Assembly: GCA_902579395.1 (NCBI GenBank)
Contig: CACHGK010000002.1
Span: 155,767 to 219,766, forward strand
Reading direction: 5' to 3'
DNA length: 64,000 bases
Origin: an uncultured Alphaproteobacteria bacterium
GTDB lineage: Bacteria; Pseudomonadota; Alphaproteobacteria; Methylaequorales; Methylaequoraceae
A program made the translations under genes and the position numbers. Under the pieces are notes generated by a model. It had not been told where the DNA came from. It saw only the letters and a list, made by a program, of their open reading frames with translations, and made no database searches. Position 1 is the first letter of the stretch; the number at the start of each line of letters is the position of its first letter. Below are positions 1 through 9,086 of this stretch, one piece after another.

Positions 1-1
1 A

Positions 2-550
2 GTGAATGCTCAACTTTTTCCATGTCCAGCAATTTTTTCTAGCGAGAATCATAAAAAAAGAACTAAATTAAGCAAAATTGCTTTCTCATCTCAATCTTTT
101 ACTGGCTATCAACCTATTGACAAAACAACATATAACTATTGTAGAGAACTTTTAGGTAGGTTATCTAAAAATTATGATATTAGTATTATTGGGCATTATG
201 TCGACGACGTATATGCTTGGAAAGACTTAGGTTTGCCTATCATTTATTCTTACGATTCAAATGATTACTTTGATATTTATAACAATTTTGATTTGACTAT
301 TACTACGAGAGTTCATGGAGCGGGAATCTGTGCATCTTTGGGCATACCTGGGATTGCTATTCATCACTCAGCTAGATCTGGAACAGTTGAGGGTTTTAAA
401 AGTTATCTGGTTAAACCAGATAAGGAAAATTTAGATAATTTAATTCAAAAAATTTCATCAATAAATATCAAAAAATATTCTGAAGAGATTATCAATTTCA
501 AGCTAAAAAGTAAAAAAAGGCTTCAAGATAAATTGATGGAATTACTATAG
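2..550 (+). CDS. Polysaccharide pyruvyl-transferase-like glycan enzyme, C-terminal part (5' end outside window)
   Basis: The ORF is open to the window edge. The segment TTRVHGAGICASLGIPGIAIHH resembles the conserved R-x-H...G-x-P block of pyruvyl-transferase-type enzymes, and the context is a glycan cluster. The family call is from memory only. Confidence 0.35.
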   Translation: MNAQLFPCPAIFSSENHKKRTKLSKIAFSSQSFTGYQPIDKTTYNYCRELLGRLSKNYDISIIGHYVDDVYAWKDLGLPIIYSYDSNDYFDIYNNFDLTITTRVHGAGICASLGIPGIAIHHSARSGTVEGFKSYLVKPDKENLDNLIQKISSINIKKYSEEIINFKLKSKKRLQDKLMELL

Positions 551-649
551 ACTCCATCACTCAAGAAATCTGATATAAGTTTTGATTTCTTAATAATATT
601 AATTAGTACCAAAAAAAAAACTATCTAGTAGAATTTAAAAATTAATCAA

Positions 650-1756
650 ATGAAAAAAATAGTATTTATAAATTTTTTAATTTTTTTTTTAATATTATTA
701 ACAATTGAAACCCTAGTATTTTTATTAAGATATTTTCACGACAAACCAAATATCGGATTTATTAAAACTGGAAGTTTATTTGAAAAAATTGATGATGACT
801 GCCAAAGAATGAAGACACACCCAATTTTGGGACATGTACATGATCATCAGGGAAAGTGTGAAATTTTAGATGGTTCAATTAATAATAATTTTGTACTTTA
901 CGACACAGAAAATAGTAATGCTGAATTTATTATTACATTAGGAGGGTCAACTTCTGACGGTTTTTATAAAAATTTTAGTAATGGTAAAACTTATCCATTC
1001 TTTTTAAGTCAATTATGTAATATTGAAAAATTATGTCGAGTTCTAAATGGCGGGACTGGAGGTTATGGATCATCAAAAGAATTATTAAAGCTATTAACTG
1101 AAGTTTCTAGCTTAAATATTGAGATAAGTCATATTATTTCGTTAAGTGGTATAAATGATATTGAAGGCTACTCTAATCCTAACATAAATGAGTACCTTCA
1201 TGAACCTTATCTTGACAGCAACCAAATGTATATGCTGCAAAATCAAAAGTGGATTATCAAAAATCAAAAACCCTTTATGATCTTTCCAAACATACTTAGT
1301 CTCTTCTATAATTTTGATATTAATCTACCACATTCAAAAAAAAATCAATTTGTCCCTGAATATAATTCCGAATCGCGATTTAAAGATAATGCTGATGTAT
1401 GGTTATTCAATATTAAAACAATGCATGCAATCAGTTTAATTTTAGGAGCAGAATTTTTTGTTTTTCTTCAGCCAACGCTTGGGCTTGAAGGTGCACAGTC
1501 AAAGTTTATTGGTCAGAATGCTCGTGATGAAGAACTTCTTTTAGATTTACTTAAAAATGAAACCTATCTAAATAATCTCAGAAATACCTATTCAAAATTA
1601 AAAAAACATTGTTTGGAAATTACTTACTGTTTTGATATTTCTGATATAGCATTACCCTCCACTAAAAATGTTTACAGTAATAACAGACATCATAATGAAA
1701 GAGGCAATGAAATAATTGCTAACAAAATATTCAAAATCATAAATCAAAGAAATTAG
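650..1756 (+). CDS. Membrane-anchored SGNH/GDSL-like hydrolase or O-acyl-modifying enzyme
   Basis: It has an N-terminal hydrophobic helix. SGNH-like blocks occur in order: GGSTSDG (I), GGTGGYGS (II), SGINDI (III), NNRHHNERGNEIIA (V). Confidence 0.5.
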   Translation: MKKIVFINFLIFFLILLTIETLVFLLRYFHDKPNIGFIKTGSLFEKIDDDCQRMKTHPILGHVHDHQGKCEILDGSINNNFVLYDTENSNAEFIITLGGSTSDGFYKNFSNGKTYPFFLSQLCNIEKLCRVLNGGTGGYGSSKELLKLLTEVSSLNIEISHIISLSGINDIEGYSNPNINEYLHEPYLDSNQMYMLQNQKWIIKNQKPFMIFPNILSLFYNFDINLPHSKKNQFVPEYNSESRFKDNADVWLFNIKTMHAISLILGAEFFVFLQPTLGLEGAQSKFIGQNARDEELLLDLLKNETYLNNLRNTYSKLKKHCLEITYCFDISDIALPSTKNVYSNNRHHNERGNEIIANKIFKIINQRN

Positions 1757-2191
1757 CGAACTATGAAGATAGGCATCCAAGTATTTTGATATTTTCTACC
1801 AAAAGGAAGGAAACATTATACCTGAATGCCCATATATAAAGTTTTCATTAATTTGTTAAAATTTAAATTTATTTGACGAATATTGGGTATTAAGTTTATT
1901 GATGCAGTGTATTTATATGAAAATCATCTGAAATATATCTCTGATTTCTTTAATAATTTCTTTTTCAAAATTTTACATCTTTTATACAAAACTAAATCAA
2001 GAGATTGTATTTTTTCTTTTTTTACATTAAAAAAACTGAATTCTTTTTTGGATTTCAAATTCAGAATTTTAAAATTTTAGTGGAATATTGTTTTAATTTT
2101 AATTTCTGATGCTCAATAAAGACTAAAATATGAAATCCATATAAATTTTATTTGAAAGACTAATCCGAAAAAAAAAAAAAATATTAATTCT

Positions 2192-3523
2192 GTGATATAT
2201 AAAAGAATGCAAAAAAATATTTCTAGTCAAATAATTTTATATTTTTTCTTTGCAAGTTACCTTATTCTGAGTAACAATAAACTATACTCTTCAATCTTTA
2301 TAGATATCGGGCATAATAGCTTTCTGAAATCTGTTTTCTATTTTTTATCCTCTCTAATTTTTTTCTATTTATTCTTCCTATTTTTATCGATAAAAAAAAG
2401 ATATTTAAGATTCTTAATCTGCATTTTATTTTTAATCTCAAGTTTCTTTAGTCAGATATATTCTGATGTCTCAGGAAATATCATTAATATTGATAACATT
2501 GAAATTATGATGATTAATACTGACTCAAATCTTGATTTTTTTTACCAATTTAAAGATCATGTTATAAAAAATTTTTTTATATTTATAGTCGGTCTTGTGG
2601 CAGTTTTAATTGGAAACAGTAAAAAATTTAAAATAAATAAATTTTTAAGTTTTTTTGCAATATTTTTTTTTATTTCAATTCTTATTTTTTCAATTAGTAG
2701 AAAAGGCTACGGAAATCAGGGATTACCATCTCAATTACAATTTCTCGTTCCTTTACCATTAATTTTTTTTTCAAATAATTTTATTTACGAAGATAAAATT
2801 CCAAAGAAAAAAGAGTTAAAAGACAATAACATAGTACTAATAATTGATGAAAGTGTTTCCTTTAAAAAATTGAAAAATCTTGTTAAAAATAATGAAGTAT
2901 TTAAATTTTTAAAAAAATCCTATTCTATTCATAATTGCAGTGCTCAATCAGTTTTTTCATTTATTAACGGACTAAAATTACAGGGAGATCAGCTTATTCT
3001 TCGGAGAAACCTCTGGTTTTTAGCAAAATATAGTGGCTATCAAACAATCTATTTATCAGCTCAAGAAAAGAATGATAGATATCAATATTTACAAATGCCA
3101 TCTGATTTGAAAAATATAGATCAAAAAATGTTTTTTGGAAATATGACACCAGCGATGAGGGATCAAATTATTCTCAAAGAATTAATAGATCTTATTACTA
3201 AAAAATCCAATCAATTTATTGTTGTAATTAAAAATGGGTCCCATTTCCCATACGAGAAAAATCTTGATCAAAAGAAGTATGATTTAAAAAGAAATGAAAG
3301 TCTAGAAACTATTTACAAGCTAAGTCTAAAAGAAAATACAATAAACTTTCTAGAAAAATTAATTTCCTCAAATAATTTAAATACAGAAGTATTATACTTT
3401 TCCGATCATGGACAATCATTCAAATCTAAAAAATTAAGCCATTGTAATAGTTTAAATCCTGATATTGAAGAATGGGAAATACCACTTTTATATTACAAAG
3501 GTAATAAAAATAAAAAAAATTGA
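2192..3523 (+). CDS. Sulfatase-superfamily / phosphoethanolamine-transferase-like membrane protein; the frame ends just after an A8 run
   Basis: Several N-terminal hydrophobic helices are followed by a sulfatase-like domain with IVLIIDESVS and YFSDHGQSF blocks. The start is GTG at 2192, with an alternative ATG at 2207. The stop TGA at 3521-3523 lies directly after A8 (3512-3519). Confidence 0.55.
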   Translation: MIYKRMQKNISSQIILYFFFASYLILSNNKLYSSIFIDIGHNSFLKSVFYFLSSLIFFYLFFLFLSIKKRYLRFLICILFLISSFFSQIYSDVSGNIINIDNIEIMMINTDSNLDFFYQFKDHVIKNFFIFIVGLVAVLIGNSKKFKINKFLSFFAIFFFISILIFSISRKGYGNQGLPSQLQFLVPLPLIFFSNNFIYEDKIPKKKELKDNNIVLIIDESVSFKKLKNLVKNNEVFKFLKKSYSIHNCSAQSVFSFINGLKLQGDQLILRRNLWFLAKYSGYQTIYLSAQEKNDRYQYLQMPSDLKNIDQKMFFGNMTPAMRDQIILKELIDLITKKSNQFIVVIKNGSHFPYEKNLDQKKYDLKRNESLETIYKLSLKENTINFLEKLISSNNLNTEVLYFSDHGQSFKSKKLSHCNSLNPDIEEWEIPLLYYKGNKNKKN

Positions 3524-3677
3524 TATTAATAACAATCTTAAATTTTATGATTTTGTTTTAAGTATGATGGGATTAAAAAATAGTAAGACCACTGATAATA
3601 AAAATATTTTATTTTATGGAAGTATCAACAAACGACTGGATAGTAGCTTAAAATTTAAAGAGGTAGATTTAGATTGA
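3465..3677 (+). pseudogene. Displaced C-terminal fragment of the preceding sulfatase-family gene (+1 frame); meaningful from about 3519
   Basis: From the A8 run onward this frame reads KKIDINNNLKFYDFVLSMMGLKN, which resembles the usual C-terminal sulfatase block (h-x-D-h-h-x-T-h-h-x-h-x-G-h). Its stop TGA (3675-3677) overlaps the TTG start of the next gene (TTGA), a typical coupled junction. Confidence 0.45.
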
Positions 3678-4372
3678 AGCACATTGTTTTCAAAATCTTC
3701 ACATTAATTTTTTTTTCATTTCAGATATTTTTTTATTTATATCCAAAAGTGTCTTATGCAACGGAACTCTGGTTACATAAAGCACAAGAAATGTTTGAAG
3801 AAAATTTAGAAAAAAATCAAATCTCATCAGATTGGGAAGGTTTTGAGATAGATATATTCTATTCAAAAGAAAGTAATAAATTTTTTATAACTCATGATCC
3901 TCCAAGTAATTCAATGCCTTATAGAAATTTAAAAAGCTTAATGAATATAAGAAATCAAAGGATATGGTTTGATATAAAAAACTATAATGATTTAGACTTA
4001 AGAAGTATCAAAATTTTAAAATCAACTCTTAAAACTTTAGCAAAAAATAATGATATTTTTGTAGAAGGTTTTAATCCTATCAAATTAATTTTACTAAACT
4101 CTTCAGAATACAATATTATCTTTAATTTATCATCTATAGCTCACAATAAAATCTTTTTAAAATTTACAAAACTCTTAACAAAATTACTCAAAATAAATAA
4201 TTATAGTATTTCAGCTAATCAATATGAATTGATTAAAGGTTTTTTTCAGGAAGACAGCCTTATGGTATTCACAATAAATAATTCTGAATCTTTATGTAAT
4301 TTTTTAAAGATTTATAAACCGAAAGTTATATTAACAAAAATAAATTCAAGTAAATTAAAATGTATAGAATAA
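3674..4372 (+). CDS. Exported hypothetical protein, weakly GDPD/PI-PLC-like
   Basis: TTG start; signal-like N-terminus. WEGFEIDIFYSKESNKFFITHDPP faintly resembles the G-x-E-x-D...H-D block of glycerophosphodiester phosphodiesterases. The assignment is weak. Confidence 0.35.
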   Translation: MKHIVFKIFTLIFFSFQIFFYLYPKVSYATELWLHKAQEMFEENLEKNQISSDWEGFEIDIFYSKESNKFFITHDPPSNSMPYRNLKSLMNIRNQRIWFDIKNYNDLDLRSIKILKSTLKTLAKNNDIFVEGFNPIKLILLNSSEYNIIFNLSSIAHNKIFLKFTKLLTKLLKINNYSISANQYELIKGFFQEDSLMVFTINNSESLCNFLKIYKPKVILTKINSSKLKCIE

Positions 4373-4415
4373 ATTTTTATATGAAATAATTACTTAAAAA
4401 TTAGAGTAAAAAAAA

Positions 4416-5711
4416 ATGATACGAATCTTTAACAACTACAAATATATTTCTTTTTTTTGGGTTATATTTTCTTTTTATTTTATATTTCTGATGATTGGGC
4501 CTAGAGTTTCAGACGTTAATCAGGAGAATCTTTGTGTAAGAAATTTTAAAATAAATAATTTTCTTGGTCATAGTATGAACTGTGATTCAGCCGATTATAT
4601 GTTAAATGCTTCCAATCCAAAAAGATTATTAGAAGAAGACTCCGTTCGACAGGCACGACCAGGATTAATTGTAAATGCTTTCATATTTTCTTTTTTTATA
4701 GATAATTTTATTAGCTTATTTGGATATCAAAATGATTATCCAAAGATTACTATAATTGAAAATAGTGATAAAAAATATTCGGTTTTCGAAAACTTTAATC
4801 CTAAAATAGTGTATATTTCGTATTTCCTGATTAATTTAAAGTTTTTGCTACTCTCTATTTTTTTTTATTTTAAGCTTTTTAGAAAATCTATTTTTAATCC
4901 CCTTCATTATAAAGATTGGATAATTTGGCTTTCATTACTTCTAGTTATAAACAATGTTGTAAATCAATTCATGTGGTCACCATCAACAAAACTACTGAAT
5001 ATTTTTTGTAGTTTATACACAATTTATTTTTCTCGAGAAATAATACTCAAAGAATTAAGCTCAAAGCAAATCTTACTACTTAATTTAGTTTCAGGAATCT
5101 TAATTTTATATTACGCGGTATTTTTTATAAGTTTTGTTGTTATAAACTTATTTTATGTATTTTCATATAGAAAGCATTTACTTCTTATTATTGCGAGTAG
5201 CATCTGCTTTCTCACACCTTACATGTTATGGTATGGATATGTCGTGAGTTTAAATGGAAAATTCTATTTTTCAAACATTTCAGATTATAATTTTGTGATT
5301 TGGATTATAGATTCATTTAATAACTTTGGATTTTTTAAGACTGCAATTTTAATTCTCGAGGGATATTATTTCTTCTTTTCTTCTTTTTTATCTCAGTATT
5401 TTATATTTATTGCACTTATTTTCTTCATTCTGATTTTTTCAATAAAAAAGAAAATTTTTTATTTTAATAGCCCTGTTATCTTGAGCAGCACAATTTTCAT
5501 TTTTTTTTTTTCTAGCTTCTTTGTAATATTGGGTCATAAACCAATGAATATAACTGCATGTTTAATTGCACCTATTATAATTTTATTTTCAGAAATTCTT
5601 TTAACAAATCGGATTAATATGATTAACGAGAATTTTTTAAAAAAAACTTTTTTTATAATATTCCCTTTTTTTTATTTTTGGTCCTTGATTAAATTTGGTC
5701 CATATTCTTGA
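4416..5711 (+). CDS. Polytopic integral membrane protein (possible glycan polymerase/ligase or GT-C-like enzyme)
   Basis: 431 aa, with at least 10 hydrophobic segments and one larger loop near the N-terminus. It sits in the glycan cluster. No diagnostic motif was recognised. Confidence 0.45.
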   Translation: MIRIFNNYKYISFFWVIFSFYFIFLMIGPRVSDVNQENLCVRNFKINNFLGHSMNCDSADYMLNASNPKRLLEEDSVRQARPGLIVNAFIFSFFIDNFISLFGYQNDYPKITIIENSDKKYSVFENFNPKIVYISYFLINLKFLLLSIFFYFKLFRKSIFNPLHYKDWIIWLSLLLVINNVVNQFMWSPSTKLLNIFCSLYTIYFSREIILKELSSKQILLLNLVSGILILYYAVFFISFVVINLFYVFSYRKHLLLIIASSICFLTPYMLWYGYVVSLNGKFYFSNISDYNFVIWIIDSFNNFGFFKTAILILEGYYFFFSSFLSQYFIFIALIFFILIFSIKKKIFYFNSPVILSSTIFIFFFSSFFVILGHKPMNITACLIAPIIILFSEILLTNRINMINENFLKKTFFIIFPFFYFWSLIKFGPYS

Positions 5712-6756
5712 TTTCATGTTCAGCTATTTTATTAAGGATATCTTCCAGATTATATTTCAAACTCCAACTAGGATAATCATTTTTAAACTTTCTAAAGTCA
5801 CTTATCCACCAAATATGATCACCAACTCTATTTTGATTTTTGTAGTTATATTTTGTTTCGATATTGTAATTAGCTTTGAAAAAATTTATTACCTCAAGAA
5901 TTGAGCAACTATTTTTTCTTCCTCCTCCAATATTATAAATTTTTCCACATTTGGGATTTTTAAAATAACTCCAAAAACAATTCACCAAATCTTTACTGTG
6001 AATGTTATCTCTAACTTGCTTTCCCTTATAACCAAAAATATTATAAGCCTTTTTTCTAACTATAGATTTTACTATGTATGAAAGAAAACCGTGAAGCTCA
6101 ACTCCAGAATGATTTTCTCCAGTTAAACACCCACCTCTAAATGTCACAGTGTTAAGTTTAAAATATTTTCCAAACTCCTGAACATATAAATCTGCACTTA
6201 ACTTTGAAGCTCCAAAAAAAGAATGAGTGCAATTATCAATACTCAAAGACTCGTCAAATCCATGGGAGTAAAATTTATTTTTTGGCGAAATTTCAAATCT
6301 ATATTTTTTTTCAACAAATTCAAATTGATTAGGAATATCTCCATAAACTTTGTTAGTAGATAAATTTATAAAACATGCTTCGGGACAATAGTTTTTATAG
6401 GCATTTAAAAGTTGTACAGTTGAAATTGTATTAACTCTAAAATCTTCAATGATATTAGTTGTCGCCCAATCATGAGAGGGTTGAGCCGCACAATGAACAA
6501 TACATCTAATTTTGCTCCTGTATTTTGATAATAGATCTTCAATTTTTTTTTTATTTAAAATATTCAAAGATAAATGTTCATAGCTTTTGAATTCCAAGAG
6601 TTGATTAATATTTTTACTTACGCTTGCATCATGACCGAAAAACTTTTTTCTACTATCATTGTCTATTCCAATTACTTTAAAACCTTTATTCATAAAAAAA
6701 ATTGAGGTTTCCATCCCAATTAATCCTGCTGAACCTGTGACTAATGCAAATTTCAT
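5689..6756 (-). CDS. NAD-dependent sugar-nucleotide epimerase/dehydratase (extended SDR)
   Basis: N-terminal Rossmann motif LVTGSAGLIGMET; extended-SDR length; a S...Y-x-x-x-K-type segment (GASKLSADLY). Confidence 0.85.
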   Translation of the reverse strand: MKFALVTGSAGLIGMETSIFFMNKGFKVIGIDNDSRKKFFGHDASVSKNINQLLEFKSYEHLSLNILNKKKIEDLLSKYRSKIRCIVHCAAQPSHDWATTNIIEDFRVNTISTVQLLNAYKNYCPEACFINLSTNKVYGDIPNQFEFVEKKYRFEISPKNKFYSHGFDESLSIDNCTHSFFGASKLSADLYVQEFGKYFKLNTVTFRGGCLTGENHSGVELHGFLSYIVKSIVRKKAYNIFGYKGKQVRDNIHSKDLVNCFWSYFKNPKCGKIYNIGGGRKNSCSILEVINFFKANYNIETKYNYKNQNRVGDHIWWISDFRKFKNDYPSWSLKYNLEDILNKIAEHEIKNMDQI

Positions 6757-6821
6757 AATAAACTGATAGAATAAGTTAACTGCTACTTTATAATAACCTT
6801 TGTATTTTTTTTTAAAAGTAT

Positions 6822-8198
6822 ATGAATTATTTTGACTATTATAAAAAAAACTTCAGCAGAAGAATAAAATTTACAAAAAAATATTCATATGTTTACAGAA
6901 TTATTGCTGATGAAATAAATAAATATATGAGCAGTAACTCTCGAATATCTATCTATTGTGCAGGGCATTCAATAATTACAAACTACCTGAAATTTAAAAG
7001 CGCATATGTAGGAGAAATCATTGATGAATTTCTTTGTTTGTTTAAATTAAATAAAAATATTTTTAAGTTAAAGGAAAATAAAAAGGTTGATGAAGTTGTT
7101 GTCTGCGATCTTGAATATGCCTCAAATCCCGTTCAGAAAATGATAGATCTTAATAGACTACTTAATTCTGACGGTAAAGTTTATATTGTTAGTAATAATA
7201 TTTTTTGGAATCCTTTTTTTAAACTCCTAGAAATATTAAATCTAAAATTTAGGCATCCTAGAAAAAATCTGATTAGTTCAAATTTTATTGAAAATCTTTG
7301 TTTTTTAACTGATTTTAGAATTGTAAAAAAAAAAAGATTTTTATTATTTCCATTTAAAATTTTCTTTTTTAGCAGTCTGATGAATAATTTTTTTGCAAAG
7401 ATACCATTTATTAATTATTTTTGTTTGATTCAATTATTTGTTTTAAGATCAAATAATAAAGAAAAACTTTGTTTGGAAAATTTAAAAACCTCAATTATTG
7501 TCCCCTGTAAAAATGAAGAAAAGAATATTAATGCAATTGTTAAGTCAATAAAAAGAATTGGTTCATCAACAGAAATTTTATTCGGCGATGACAATTCCAG
7601 TGATAATACACTATCTGAAATAAAGAAGAATTTAGTTAAAACGAATGATTTAACAATAAAATATTATAAGGGTCCTGGAATATCAAAAGCAGAAAACGTT
7701 TATAAAGGCTTTAACCTAGCAAGTGGCGATATATTAATTATTCATGACGCAGACAATTGTGTTTCTTTTTCTGAATTAGATTTGATGGTAAGAACTTTAA
7801 TTGAAAAAAAATTAGAATTAGTTATTGGCACAAGGTTTATCTATCCAATGGAAGAAAAAGCAATGAGAAGTTTTAATTATTTTGGCAATATAATATTTTC
7901 TTATATTTTTTCTTTTTTATTGCAGCAAAAAATTACTGACACATTGTGCGGCACAAAAATACTTCATAAAAAAGATTGGTTAAAAATAAAAAAACAATGT
8001 GGTAGTTGGGGAATAAAAGACAAATGGGGAGATTTTGATTTACTCCTGGGTGCAAAGGCAAATTTTCTAAAATTAGCAGAAATACCAGTTAATTACAAAA
8101 AGAGAACCGAAGAAGAAAGTAAAATGACAAATGTTTTTTCTAATGGTCTAAGAATGTTAGTTATTTCGGTTATCTCATTTTTTAAATTAAGATTTTAA
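6822..8198 (+). CDS. Family 2 glycosyltransferase with an N-terminal methyltransferase-like extension
   Basis: The C-terminal half has GT2 blocks: SIIVPCKNEEKNI, FGDDNSSDNT, ILIIHDADN. The N-terminal ~210 aa look like a class I methyltransferase fold (LEYASNPVQKMIDLNRLLNSDGKVYIV) but have a degenerate G-x-G-x-G site. Confidence 0.75.
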   Translation: MNYFDYYKKNFSRRIKFTKKYSYVYRIIADEINKYMSSNSRISIYCAGHSIITNYLKFKSAYVGEIIDEFLCLFKLNKNIFKLKENKKVDEVVVCDLEYASNPVQKMIDLNRLLNSDGKVYIVSNNIFWNPFFKLLEILNLKFRHPRKNLISSNFIENLCFLTDFRIVKKKRFLLFPFKIFFFSSLMNNFFAKIPFINYFCLIQLFVLRSNNKEKLCLENLKTSIIVPCKNEEKNINAIVKSIKRIGSSTEILFGDDNSSDNTLSEIKKNLVKTNDLTIKYYKGPGISKAENVYKGFNLASGDILIIHDADNCVSFSELDLMVRTLIEKKLELVIGTRFIYPMEEKAMRSFNYFGNIIFSYIFSFLLQQKITDTLCGTKILHKKDWLKIKKQCGSWGIKDKWGDFDLLLGAKANFLKLAEIPVNYKKRTEEESKMTNVFSNGLRMLVISVISFFKLRF

Positions 8199-8203
8199 AA
8201 GTA

Positions 8204-8917
8204 ATGTTTAGTTATTTTTTTGAAAAAATTATTTTGTATTTAGATAATAAATCTCAAAATAACAATCTAAATTTTATAAAAAAAGTTTACGGTAGAAATC
8301 TGAACATAATCTTTGATATTGGTTGTCACGAAGGTGAGACGATAGATTTAATAAAAAAAAAATTTTGTTATAAGAAGATTTATGCATTTGATCCAAATAA
8401 AGATTTAGTAAATAAATTAATGACCAAGCATTGTGATGTTGATTTCATTAATAAAGCAGTAGGTGAAAAAAGATGTAAAAAAACTTATTTTAAATCTCAA
8501 TTTTCTGCAATAAATACTTTAAATAAAATAAATCAATCATCAGATTACTATCGAAAAAAAAGTAGAATAATCTCTCTTATTTATCCAAAAAAAAGCAAAA
8601 ATGTTAACAATCTAGTAGATGTAATTAGTTTAAAAGAATTTATGGGAGGGAAAAAAATAAAGTCTGTTGATTTAGTCAAAATTGATACTGAAGGTTATGA
8701 ATTTTTTGTTTTAAAAGGAATTGGAAACTATTTAAAGAATATAAAAATGATATTATTTGAACACCATTATGATAATTCATTATTAAAGAATTATAAATTT
8801 TCGGATATAAATTTTTTATTAGATAAAAATGGTTTTTATTTAGCTTATAAAAGTAAAATGATGATGAGAAATATCTTTGAATATATTTATCTAAATAGCA
8901 ATTATTTTAAAAAATAA
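8204..8917 (+). CDS. FkbM-family methyltransferase
   Basis: IIFDIGCHEGET (SAM motif I) and VKIDTEGYEFFVLKG are typical FkbM-family blocks. Confidence 0.75.
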   Translation: MFSYFFEKIILYLDNKSQNNNLNFIKKVYGRNLNIIFDIGCHEGETIDLIKKKFCYKKIYAFDPNKDLVNKLMTKHCDVDFINKAVGEKRCKKTYFKSQFSAINTLNKINQSSDYYRKKSRIISLIYPKKSKNVNNLVDVISLKEFMGGKKIKSVDLVKIDTEGYEFFVLKGIGNYLKNIKMILFEHHYDNSLLKNYKFSDINFLLDKNGFYLAYKSKMMMRNIFEYIYLNSNYFKK

Positions 8918-8979
8918 ATTTATTCAAATAATGTTACAATTCTTAAAAAATTTATATAAATTATAAATTAAATTATCTT

Positions 8980-9057
8980 GGTGGCTGTAGCTCAGTTGGT
9001 TAGAGCGCTGGTTTGTGGTACCGGAGGCCGGGGGTTCAAATCCCCTCAGCCACCCCA
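8980..9057 (+). tRNA. tRNA-His (anticodon GTG) with G-1 and encoded CCA
   Basis: Manual cloverleaf: G-1; acceptor GTGGCTG/CAGCCAC; D arm GCTC-AGTTGGTTA-GAGC; anticodon arm CTGGT-TTGTGGT-ACCGG; variable AGGCC; T arm GGGGG-TTCAAAT-CCCCT; discriminator C; CCA. Confidence 0.95.
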
Positions 9058-9086
9058 TTTAGTTTAGTTGTATCTTCATATATTAA

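Noticed and set aside
1883-2080. 65-aa ORF in the 435-bp gap of the glycan cluster
   Set aside because: It starts on a non-ATG codon, is low-complexity and has no RBS. It is more likely promoter or spacer DNA.
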